Source of the DNA: Phoronis australis
Lineage: Eukaryota; Animalia; Phoronida
NCBI GenBank assembly: GCA_002633005.1
Contig: NMRA01000789.1
Coordinates: forward strand, 80,398-144,397
DNA length: 64,000 bases
Direction: 5' to 3'
Numbering within the stretch: position 1 is the stretch's first letter; every line of letters starts with the position of its first letter. Both the position numbers and the translations under genes were made by a program. Under the pieces are notes generated by a model that saw only the letters and a list, made by a program, of their open reading frames with translations, did not search any database and was not told the DNA's origin. Shown here one piece after another: positions 1 through 10,959 of the stretch.

Positions 1-726
1 CAAAAAAAACAGCAATCTCAAAACAAAATCCATACTAGAAAGCCTTTCAAAAAGCTTCGCTTTTGGTTTATGTGCCCAGTGGATACTTGTGGACAGAATG
101 TGGGTCAAGGTTATTAACAAGGGCATATGTTTAACTAAATACATATAAAATAAGAAGATTGAAAATTGTACAGAGAGTATGAGCTGTCCAATAGAAAGTA
201 CAGCTGGTGTTTTCTGAAAGAAGAGAGCCTGTAGAATTTGATAGTTCACTGTTACATGCCAATCTGACATTTAATTGGACACGTGATCATGTCATTTTAG
301 TAAACGTTAGCAAAAAGAAAAGGTGCATTCATAACACAACAATGTTATTAATAACAAAACCAAATTCTGTTTGATAATGACGTTCTAAATGAAATTCCAT
401 TTTTTTTGAAATTATCACCTCGTTTTCGTTTTGAGCAACTTGATTTTTTTTTCTGGAAATAATGAAAGTCCTATAGCTACTCATACAAAAAGTGGAACAT
501 TTTAATAAAAATTGCAAACAGCGTTTTTGAGAACAGTGCATAAAGCAAAGCATCAGAAAGTTTTGCATAAATCAAACCATCATTTCTGACATACCTTATT
601 CCGAAATTCGCCAAATCTGGAATTTTTCTAGTTTCCTAATACTCAACCTTAAAAAAGAAGCATTTTCATCTGAAAACACAATGAAGTGAACGGGGTATCA
701 AAAAAGCTGAAACTAAAACAACCCAC

Positions 727-903
727 CTCAAAGTGCCCTTTAGAGGCAGCCATCACCAAACACTGTTGCATGACCTCGGTCTTTGACAGTGACGACCTCG
801 AGGCTGGCCAATCACACATGAGCAGAAAGTCAATAATGTCAATGTGATTGTTAGAGGCTGCATGAACTGTGGCGCAGTACTGGCTGTTGTCTGTGTGCGT
901 TAC
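727..903 (-). CDS. TANC: TANC exon, ankyrin repeats (VTHTDNSQYCATVHAASNNH...LVMAASKGHFE)
   Basis: Acceptor cttcag at 905-904, donor GAG|gtgggt at 726; 177 nt, phase 0-0; ankyrin-like helices. Confidence 0.9.
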
Positions 904-974
904 CTGAAGATGGTTGTAGTATGAGGTGACACATGGTATGAACAAATGTTGTAACCAAACTTGAAAACCGCTAT

Positions 975-1541
975 GGGCTGTTCCTGTAAAATCTGTATGG
1001 GAGGGGGGAAAGCACCTTTTTTTCGCACCCACCACCCATATTTTTCATTTATTTCTTCAGCCTACCACCCGTAATTTTTTATAAGTTTGAAATGCAACCA
1101 CCCGTAATTTTTTTTTGTTCTTGTGGTTGACTGCACAGGCGCTTGAGTTTATCTGTTCCTCCATCACCACTAACATCATTCATTACTAAGAAAACATATG
1201 TTTCTTATATATGGTTATTAGCCATCGAGAAATTCGAGCACCTGTGGTTAAATGGTGTTATGGACATGCCAATGAGGAGATCGGAGGGAGTGAAAAAGTC
1301 GGAGCTTTTTGCAAGTTGCATTTTTGTTTCAGTTTTTGATTCTGTGCGGATTGTTTATAAAATTTACTAAAATTACCCACTATCAAATATTTATGGCCCA
1401 ATGAAACAACAACGACCTGTAAATTTTTTTTTTTGAAGTACGACCACCAGCCATTTTGAATTTAAATCAAACGCAACCACCCATAAATTTTTATTTCAGT
1501 TGCCTTCCCCCCCTCCCACACAGATTTTGCTGGAACAGCCC
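975..1541. mobile_element. MITE, PIF/Harbinger-like (about 40-bp TIRs, 3-bp TSD)
   Basis: gggctgttcctgtaaaatctgtatgggaggggggaaagca (975-1014) is inverted, with a few mismatches, at 1501-1541; TAT flanks both ends. Confidence 0.8.
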
Positions 1542-2070
1542 TATTGAACAACCAGCGTACAGCTGGTATTTATGGATATTCATAAAAACCACTCCAAAGG
1601 AAACATCTAGGCCCAGTTGCAAAACAGTTGCACGCTGGATAGCAACAATTAGGTTGCATTATTACAAGCCACGTTGCCACTGCTGAAAACTGTTACAGTA
1701 GTTGTCGTCATGCAACAATCAAGATTTCGTTAACCTGGCCCAGATGAGCATTATAATGTTACTGTATTTAAGACAAGCTATTTCACCATCACATGGTAAT
1801 CCTTATTATGAATTTAAGTCACGCAATATTAATAATTACAAGATGAGCAGTTTTTGCCCCAAAGCTAACCCCAATCAATTAACTGCATAAGATGCAAATT
1901 GAGTAAAATCCAGACAACTTGCCAGATCAAAAACCTCCAGACTAAATCTAAAGTTTTGTCAAGCTGATGCTCTGTGTACCGTTAGTTTTAACGACAACTT
2001 GTTCACATGACATATTTCCTCCAGAAAATGCAGAGTTGTCAAAAATGTGGAGTCAAGAACACAAACTCAC

Positions 2071-2307
2071 GTCAGTCCCTTTTGCATAGAGAAGTCTGAC
2101 TATTTCTTCGTGTCCTGCGGCCGCGGCATGGCAAAGCGCTGTCATTCCAGTGTCGGACACAGCCTCGATGTTGGCACTGAACTCAAGCAGAGATGACACC
2201 ATGTCCGTGAAACCCATGTGGGCGGCGACACAGATGGGCGGGGCTCCACTCAGGAATTCTGTCTTGATGTTGGGATTGGCACCTGATAACAGGACTAGTC
2301 GGCTCAC
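2071..2307 (-). CDS. TANC: TANC exon, ankyrin repeats (VSRLVLLSGANPN...GMTALCHAAAAGHEEIVRLL)
   Basis: Acceptor ttttgctcttcag, donor gtgagt; 237 nt, phase 0-0; ankyrin consensus GxTALxxAAxxGH. Confidence 0.95.
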
Positions 2308-2675
2308 CTGAAGAGCAAAAGAAGAATTTTCCCAATACATGGCAAAGTAAATTGTCATAGTTAAGAATATACAATCCATTTTGTTGTTGTCAATGAATCA
2401 AAATGTTAATTTTTCAATTTGTCAAAGTCATTTATACAGAGTCAAGATATTAACAGTGGATACAAAGAATAGTTTTCCAAAATTATTAATAAAAATTCTA
2501 AAGAACACCCATTTGAAAGAAGCTAACACACTAGGCTGAAAATTACTATGTGTTGATCAAAGTAAACTTTCACATACTGTAACCAAAGCATAAATTAGAA
2601 ACCAGTGTCCACCCTCAAGAGACTTGGCAAACAATGTGCTCAAGTGGGTACACCCTCCAATTCAAGTCAATATAC

Positions 2676-2907
2676 CTTAACATTGGGCGAGAACAGATTC
2701 CTCTGTCCAGCAATGGCAGCACTGAGACTGTCCGTACTGAGTGCCAGCCAATAGGAGTGAAGGTCACGTGAGGACACGCCCAGCTGACGACTGAGACTCT
2801 TGTAGATGTGCGCTTTGAGCACGTGATGGCCGAGCTCGAGAGTCTTGTCGGCCGTCAGGGGAGAGTTATATCGTGAGAGGCGGAAGGCTAGAGCAGCGTG
2901 GCCCAGT
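2676..2907 (-). CDS. TANC: TANC exon (LGHAALAFRLSR...LELGHHVLKAHIYK...RNLFSPNVK), absent from the ORF track
   Basis: Translated by hand; acceptor gatctttcag, donor AAG|gtatat; 232 nt, phase 2-0 fits both neighbours. Confidence 0.93.
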
Positions 2908-3123
2908 CTGAAAGATCAGTCATGAAAAGGAATCAGAACTAGACCAATGGGTCAATATTGAACAATTGTTTGCTGTGAAATAAAGCATATCAATAACAAG
3001 GCGTTTCTGCATTGACAAGTTTCGATATCTTACTTTATCACGATCATAAAATGCAAAAATGAACAACAACTTGTAAACTTTCTGTGAATGCGTAATGAAA
3101 TAACAAACATCAAGTCAACAACC

Positions 3124-3362
3124 ACACAGACATTTGCAAGTGTGTGCCATTCCACCCAGACATTTGCAAGTGTGTGCCATTCCACACAGACATTTGCAAG
3201 TGTGTGCCATTCCACCCAGACATTTGCAAGTGTGTGCCATTCCACTCAGACATTTGCACGTGTGTGCCATTCCACTCAGACATTTGCAAGTGTGTGCCAT
3301 TCCACTCAGACATTTGCAAGTGTGTGCCATTCCACTAAGACATTTGCAAGTGTGTGCCATTC
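3124..3362. repeat. 30-bp minisatellite, about 8 copies
   Basis: Unit acacagacatttgcaagtgtgtgccattcc. Confidence 0.95.
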
Positions 3363-3566
3363 GATCTGGATGTACAAACTCAGTGCTCAAATCAACTAGC
3401 TCGTTGGGCATGCTTCTTTGAAATTTCACTTGCCAGCAGCACTAGTTCCCTGCTGTCAGGCCGTGACACACATTATAACTTCAGTGAGAACAACACAGTA
3501 CACAAGCGAGAGCCTGAATTTGAGCAGGAAGTTTAGTATGTTGACTTAATTAATACACAAACTAAC

Positions 3567-4818
3567 CTCAGATCACAGACAAACTTGACACTCTGGCCGT
3601 CATCTCGTCGAATAAGCCACTCCCTGAACGCTGGGTGGAAAAACATATAAGTGCCATCGCGTCTCTCAACAAGATAGCCAGAGATCACGTCGAATCTCTG
3701 GTTGAACTCGTCCCAGTCCACGTATTGACCGACGAGCGCCGAGTTCACAGTCTCGTAAATCTCCACCAAGGTCAGCGGGTACAGTGAGGCCAAGCAGATG
3801 CTGAGAATGAGGCTGACCTTTTCGTACGACCTCACACTGGGGAACTTGAGGTTAAAGTGCAGCAGGAACACCTCTGTCAGGTTCAATGGCAGGATTTTGA
3901 AGTTTGTACTCTTTAGCACCAGGTGTCCTCGTTCAATGAGGTCAAGGGTCAACTTGGCAAAGAGGAAGCAGCCTTTGCTCAGCTGCTGAACGTGCTGACA
4001 GAGCTTGGCCTGAAATGTCGTTTCGAGGCGACCATTGATGGAGATGTTATTCCGTATCTCTGGTGACTGGTTGATCCTGTAGTTGATGTACTCATTCAGA
4101 TCTCTCTGCACATAGTCTGTCTTGGTACCGACGTCGAGATTAATCTTGTGAAATGGCAACGACTGAGTCACGTCTGCATGCGCCGTCCGCACTGTCACAA
4201 TGAACTTAAACCAGGTCGGCAACTTGTGCACATGACGTGCCAGAAACGACGCGATCGTGTCGCCATAGTCCGGCTTGTGGAACTCCGCCTCGTTCAGCGA
4301 GTCGACAAGTATTAGACACGCCTCGGCGTCAACTCTACCCTGCCTCCGGAGCGTCACCAGGGGTTCGACCACACCCTTCAACCACGCCCTGGACGGGTCC
4401 TGCAGGCACTCTTTAATACTAAGTATTGTCTGTAGGTGGGGCTCCTGAAGCAGGTGCTCTCGGTAAGCAACCAGTTGGGGGGCACGTGACAAGTACCCAG
4501 CCACACTATGCACAAACTCTGGAACGGTGCACGTACTGTTGTAGTCCGCCTGGCAGAAGTGATAGGCGACCACCTGGGAGCCAAGAGTCCGCAGTGAGTC
4601 ATAATTCCACGACAAACTGGCCGTTGACGTGCTCAGGAACTGTCGTGAGCTGCTCAGACTGAGGCTGCCATAGCTGGGTGACCGGCGACTCCCACTGGCA
4701 GAGCTGAGTGTGCTCGATGGGCTGTCGGTGAACATAGAGCCGGTGGTGGCAGGCATGCGATCGCGGCTGCCTGAGTGGGACAGGGGCAGGCCCTCGCGAC
4801 TACTGCTGTGTGTCAAAT
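3567..4818 (-). CDS. TANC: TANC large exon: Ser-rich insert, NTPase core with Walker B (LILVDSLNE) and helical/winged-helix region
   Basis: Inside ORF 3533..4894; acceptor ttttgctccag, donor AG|gttagt; 1252 nt, phase 1-2. Confidence 0.96.
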
Positions 4819-5081
4819 CTGGAGCAAAATAAAGACCAGAATGGTTGATGTCATCGCGATATATAATAAAAGACTTAATTTTCCAAAAAACCAACTTCTC
4901 TCTCCAAGATTTTAAAAGGCTACATGATACGTAAAATTAGAACATTTGATACAAAATATCTTGGGAAAACCTTCCATCAATTTTCTAATAAACTACTCAT
5001 CAGAATGCTACTTGAAGGCAAAATATTTCAAGTTTCAAAATGTCAGGGTAGGAATTGCAAAATAGGAGGAGACTCTTGTAC

Positions 5082-5217
5082 CTCCGTTCTGTTGAATTCC
5101 TCCCTTGCCGTCTCCAAAACAGCTGTACTCGACCAACTGTTCCAAGATGGCAGTCTTGCCAGCTCCTATATTGCCAGTAATGAACACCCCAGCGGCTGAC
5201 TTGGACAGTCCCAACTC
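5082..5217 (-). CDS. TANC: TANC exon with Walker A / P-loop (GVFITGNIGAGKTAILEQLVEYSCFG)
   Basis: Translated by hand; acceptor ttttctctttcag, donor G|gtacaa; 136 nt, phase 0-1; GxxGxGKT motif. Confidence 0.93.
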
Positions 5218-5845
5218 CTGAAAGAGAAAACGTTAACAATGTAGCCATTAGTACCTAAACAATGCAACAACGCCACAACACAACAGTCAGAAATTCCGAC
5301 GAAACACTGAAGAGGGCTTGGAATGACCCATGTCAAAAAATAGGAAATTTTTACAGCCTTAAATACACATTTCAATCTAAACAACCATACCTCAACAGAT
5401 CGAAAGCAAACATTATTATCACAAGATGCCCTGTAACTGTGTCGTTTGTGCAAAACACACTCATGTTAAGCAGTACCTGACATCCACTCCTTTTAGGCAG
5501 TACCTGACATCTATTTCAGCAACAATAATGAAGGCAATTAGATGCAACAAAAGATTTTTAATTGGTGCTACATATCTTTTATATGAAAAATGAGAAATGA
5601 AATTCCAATTATTTTCGTAAATTGGTGAGATTTTACTGTAAGATTTTTTAAACCAGCCATCAAAACTTAGGGTATAACCCAATCGACAATTTAAACCTCT
5701 TTTTTTGACTCCGTTGAGTGAACGCATGTGCGTGTGTACAAGCCTGTGGGCATAGTGAGTACATAAAAGTAGCAGCGAAAAATATCTCTAAAACATACAA
5801 AAAGTAGATTACTACAGATTTGTGAACGACGCCCCCTTCAGTTAC

Positions 5846-5967
5846 CTGTTCCATCTCTTTGTACACCCATTCTCGACCAATGAAGATGGGATTGGGCTCT
5901 TGGTGCGGAACTTCAAACTGTATAGGTTTGAGGCTGATCTGTGGCGGTTTGATGGGCGCAAACCTCA
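5846..5967 (-). CDS. TANC: TANC exon (VRFAPIKPPQISLKPIQFEVPHQEPNPIFIGREWVYKEMEQ)
   Basis: Acceptor cctcttttcag, donor CAG|gtaact; 122 nt, phase 1-0; FxGRE motif typical of STAND NTPase N-termini. Confidence 0.94.
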
Positions 5968-8497
5968 CTGAAAAGAGGGAGATGATATCTGAGAGAGAGT
6001 TGTGAAGAAGTGTTCTCGTATGTCAAGTTATTGAGACACATCAACTATCTTCAACACAATGATCTGGGTGGAAAAAACTATCGAAAACATTTCACCAGCC
6101 TGTGTCATCCCTGTTTCCTCCTGTTAGGGGGTCTTGAATATAACGATGACCACGTTGCCATGGAAATGAGAGATACATCGTTACGTATGCCGCTCATCCT
6201 CTCGTCATGCTTGAATGAGAGCCAACATCCTGTGCTTCGCACTGATTATCTAATATGACTGTTGCCTTGGCACATCCCGTTTCCCACAATTGCAAATGTC
6301 AAACGTTTTGATTCAATTCCATGGCGATCACACAAACTGAATCGTTGAGACAAATTAACACTTCATGATTTCAATGGATAGGCCAAAAAACCACAGATGG
6401 AGCTGATCGCTATACGCCGACTCATTGTGAGACCTGCGCTCACTGACATCTCCCCATCAATTTCAGTCAAGGTCTCGTGTATTTTTCAAAAAGCACCACA
6501 AGGACAGAAAGCAAGAGTAAGCTAAGTTTGACATGCCAGTATTTGCCAAGTGCAGAGTAAAGAAACAAACAAATCCCAAATCATTTTTGCTCACCTCAAA
6601 TGCACTTTATTTTTCGAAAAAGTGAACAACTGAAAGAGTATACCTTACCACCGAGTCAACTTTCAAAGAAAACAAAGGCTACAACCAACTAAAGTATGCT
6701 TTTTATCTTTGCACTAGGCTCAGAATGGAGCTTAAAGCTGTTATTTTTGGTTAATACCTGCTTCCTTGTATAACCTTACTTTGAATTTGGCCATTTTTAA
6801 CCAACCGATACCACTTCAAATACGCTCTTCGTATTGGTGATTTTTGATAACCAATACGTCAGCTTTCACCAATCAAGACTAAAGAACTACCAACTGCAAT
6901 CAATTCAGTTAAATTTGATTGCAATAAAAATATATGGTTCGTACTTTTAATGTGACCCAGATTTCTAACATTGTTGTGAAAGCTCATAAACTTTCGAAAT
7001 ATTTCCTGGTGGTAGGTGTAGTACAGGGTTTCAACATCCACATAGTGTTATATATCTTCTATGCCATATTGTGTTCGAAATTGATGAGAGTTTACCAACG
7101 GTAAAACTAAGAAAAAAAAAACACTGTAAAATGAAATACGGTAAAGTTTCCTCAAATTTGAACAAAAATGACAGCCAAAATTGTCGTTTTCCAATGCTCA
7201 CTCACTGTGTTGCCAAAAATGCTAAAAATTTCATTGTATGTTTATTGGGGACAGTCGTACTATACCAAGTCTTCAAATAATGAAGCAAAACGTCTTCTGG
7301 TTTACTCTTGTTCAAAATTTTGATAAAATAAAATGTTATCATCCAGCCACATTGTGTTCTAAGTTGAAGAATGTTTAATGAACTGAGAGACGTCATCAAG
7401 TTCATCCTGGACAAAACATGCTATCAGACACAGAGTGCAACAGCCTTGGTTGTAACAGATGACAAAGTGGGACATCAATCACCATGTATACAGCAACCAA
7501 AGGAAAATGATAGACACAGCTAATCATGAGAAGAAATGAAAGAATACATTGCAGACACGTTTCCATAGTATTCCACCCTGGCAGGTGGGGTACAGAGAAC
7601 ATGCCCAGCCAAATGAGCGTTCAAGGAATGAGCCAGTTACTGCAACTTGCTCCATGATATTCATGTCCCATGCCGGAAAGTCATGCTGAGTTTCCAAACT
7701 GACAGAACTCACTCTTTTTCTTTTCGCTGCACTTGCGATTGCTGGCTGCATGAATGAAAGAAAAGAATCTAATGACTACGTACTGTCACCAGGGCATAAC
7801 TTAAGCTAGCTTGTTATGAACTGCAGTTCTATGAGTGAAGCTGCTATTCAAATGCCCAGTCAAATCTCATTAAAATGCACCCAATTCACAACATGAACAG
7901 CGAGGTGATGTATAAACTCCAAGTTTGTTTCACCAACTGTAATGTATGTTGGTACTAGACACAATGATTTATAATGCACTTTCACAACGATCCAACTACA
8001 CTGATCCCAGTAACAATAGCCAACAAACATGATCCAGCTCTTCAGCCCAGTCTGGAAACATACAAGACATGTAAGGTGCCCATAATGTTACCTCCGGTAC
8101 GGTACGAGGCAAATTGTTAATCAATGTTTTGTTGTTCTTGGAAATTACGGGTAATTTAATTATTGGTGACTTTAAGGTAATCCACCTTCATTAACTCCTG
8201 TCACGTTTCATCAAATAACTTTCTTACTGTTCATATTAAACTCATAAAAGCTACTTGCACTAAGATGATTGGAGTCTATTACATGTCCCATATAAAAACT
8301 CAATTTGTAAGGCAAAAAAGCAAAACGAAAACACTGAAATACTGCAAAAATGGTAAAATACAACAAACATGAGTGATTCTTCCTGAGCCCAACCTACCAA
8401 ATACAAAAATGCATGCAAGAATTCCAAATCAGGGAGCAATATTCAAAATTTCCTACACAAATGAGACTGAATGGAGAAGCTTAAGCACAAATTTTCT

Positions 8498-8657
8498 GTC
8501 CCTAAGGTTACACCAATGTCCCTAGGGTTACACCAATGTCCCTAGGGTTATACCAATGTCCCTAGGGTTACACCAATGTCCCTAGGGTTACACCAATGTC
8601 CCTAGGGTTATACCAATGTCCCTAGGGTTACACCTATGTCCCTAGGGTTACACCAAT
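8498..8657. repeat. 20-bp minisatellite, about 8 copies
   Basis: Unit gtccctagggttacaccaat. Confidence 0.95.
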
Positions 8658-8990
8658 CAAAACACATAAGCTGATTGCTTGCCGCAAATGAAAAATTGAC
8701 AAGGGCATTGATTTGTGAACAAAATAGGAGCACACACACACGCACGCCAAACATAATTTTGGAAACACATAAAGACAAAATCCAACTAAAACTCAAATCA
8801 TGTTTATAAACTAAAATGAAGTCAAAGAATTCGGCATGCAACCCTCCCAAAAACACCAAACTACAAAAGCTCACAGCAAAACAAATCCACACAATAAAGA
8901 CAAAAAGGCAAACGCAACAGATAAATGGAAAATGAGGGTAACAACTTCTGATTGTGCAGACCTTTGATAGTTCTATGCAGCTGACGACTA

Positions 8991-9076
8991 GGAAGGGGGG
9001 ATGGGCCACTTGGGAAGGGGGGGATGGGCCACTTGGGAAGGGGGGATGGGCCACTTGGGAAGGGGGAGGGAAGGGG
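8991..9076 (+). repeat. G-rich 23-24 bp tandem repeat x3, potential G-quadruplex
   Basis: ggaaggggggatgggccacttg repeats, many G3+ runs. Confidence 0.8.
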
Positions 9077-9204
9077 AGTGGATGAGCAAGCGAAGGACAC
9101 TGTAGAGAAACTAAGTCCTCACATTCCCAAACGTCATTCTCTTGACTGGATGTATCCATCCCCTTCCAACAACCCTGAATCCACCCATGCAAGACCAAAC
9201 ACAG

Positions 9205-9245
9205 CCAAACCAAAACCAAACCAAACCAAACCAAACCAAACCAAA
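9205..9245. repeat. (CCAAA)n microsatellite
   Basis: Direct reading. Confidence 0.9.
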
Positions 9246-9281
9246 GCAATCATCAAAACAACAGAAAAGCTTGCAGACATT

Positions 9282-9366
9282 TAAGTCCGGTCAGCACGCC
9301 ATCCGTTGGCCACATGACGTGACCTAATGAATATGTGGCCAACAGATGGCGTGCTGGCCAGACTTA
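9282..9366. other. Near-perfect hairpin (34-bp arms, 17-nt loop)
   Basis: taagtccggtcagcacgccatccgttggccacat pairs with atgtggccaacagatggcgtgctggccagactta; 3 non-Watson-Crick positions. Confidence 0.9.
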
Positions 9367-9454
9367 CAATGTTAGCAACATATTTTCCATGCCGCATTGA
9401 GATTGACATTTTCATAAACAGAAAAGCTTATGCACCACACCCAGGCCTACGTAC

Positions 9455-9535
9455 TTCCAGCCACTGGTTGGGCTTCACTGGTTGAGGGCAGAGTCGGTAG
9501 TCGACTCATGCTCTGACTGACCGTGTTGTGCGTTC
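9455..9535 (-). CDS. TANC: Candidate alternative cassette exon of TANC (GTHNTVSQSMSRLPTLPSTSEAQPVAG)
   Basis: Acceptor ttcattttaccgcag, donor A|gtacgt; 81 nt, phase 1-1, open in the TANC frame; no homology support. Confidence 0.45.
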
Positions 9536-10869
9536 CTGCGGTAAAATGAACTGTCAGGTCAGCTATGCACGGTAACACTGAGATATTTAAGAGGGTGAAT
9601 GTGTCTTGGTTAGCATGATGACGCAGAAAACTGCTCCAGACAAAAGTATCCAGGCAAAATGACCACAGCAACTAAGTGCAAGCTGAATTCGTCATCACAG
9701 AACTGATTCGTCGTAAGTGGGAAAGACAGATAATCTATCGAAAAAGTTATTAATGGTGAAAATTCTGCCCTGTAGTAACAATAATACGTGATAAGGGGCG
9801 CATCATTATCCACCATTTTTGTTGAAAACTGAATTAGTCGAAATGACGAAAGAAATGAAATCTTGCAGAGCGTTTACTTTTGAGGTTCACTGTTAAGCGG
9901 AAGACAAGAGAAAAACAATGGTCTCTGTATGTATGATACATGGGACCACGTACAACTTTGTGCATTACCCCTGGTTCAATATAACTTGCTTAGTTTTGAA
10001 CAGTTAACCACACATACAATGATAATAAGACCACGTTAAAAGAAATGACAACTAACTAGAACACAATGAAGATTGCAATGATGAGATCCCACAAGCACTC
10101 CACCAACTTGACAACCCTTCCATAGCAAAATAGAGTACGGTATAACTAGGCACATTACAATCCTAAATATGGCATTGCTAATTAGGCCTAACTATAGTTC
10201 TGCTAAGACACTACAACACTGGAATGACTATAAACACATACTGTGTCATACAGACTAACTTTTGATTTCGCACACTTACCGTTGCAAATTGTGTCTCAAG
10301 ATTTGCTTGAGACAAAATAGAGGTGATCTCCGGGCCTAGAAAGAACTGACCGTTCACTATTGGTCGAAACTAGAGGATGATGAGATTAGGCTCTACAAGT
10401 TGCCTTGTAACTGTCGCGCATTTTGTGTGCTATGCACCCCCCAAGCTACAACGAACAGTCAGTTTTTTTTTCAACTCAGAAACCACCTCGTAACTGGGTT
10501 TGGAGCAAGCTACCATCAGTTTTATAATGGCGCGTGGTACAACTCAAAAGCAAGTTTCATTGACGGAACGCAGGCAAAATGAGGCGAATCAAGACAGTTG
10601 CTAGACTGTTGACACAGGAGGTCACATAGACAGTTCACAAAACATGCAAAAACGTAACTTATTGTAGAGATTAAGGTCTAACAATTATCTTACATTACAT
10701 GTGGGACTGGCTGAAGGAAACATTTCATACCAGTCAATGTTTATTCACTTGGCCTTTAGAGGGCCTTGGGAGAATATCACAACAATGTTTGCATCATAAA
10801 TTAAATTCCGTAAACGGATTTCAACTGCCAACTTCGCTTTATTAGTTTAACCCCATAATGGCATCTTAC

Positions 10870-10959
10870 CTTTGCTGTCGTAGCGAGCCAGCCTGGCCGA
10901 GCTGCGTGCTAGGGAGCGCCGTCGTCCAAATAGGTCCTCGACTTGACCCGGTGCACAAG
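10870..10959 (-). CDS. TANC: TANC linker exon (TCAPGQVEDLFGRRRSLARSSARLARYDSK)
   Basis: Acceptor ctccccttccccag, donor G|gtaaga; 90 nt, phase 1-1; joins to give DSK-VRFAP. Confidence 0.85.

Noticed and set aside
3030-3429. Several overlapping ORFs with 10-aa repeats (Cys-rich, metallothionein-like look)
   Set aside because: By-products of a stop-free 30-bp minisatellite in an intron; no splice signals.
8498-8657. Interstitial telomeric repeat (TAGGGTTA)
   Set aside because: The unit is a 20-mer with only a partial telomere-like core, not tandem TTAGGG.
8608-9249. 213-aa hydrophobic ORF
   Set aside because: Built from microsatellite, G-rich repeats and T-rich sequence; no recognisable domain.
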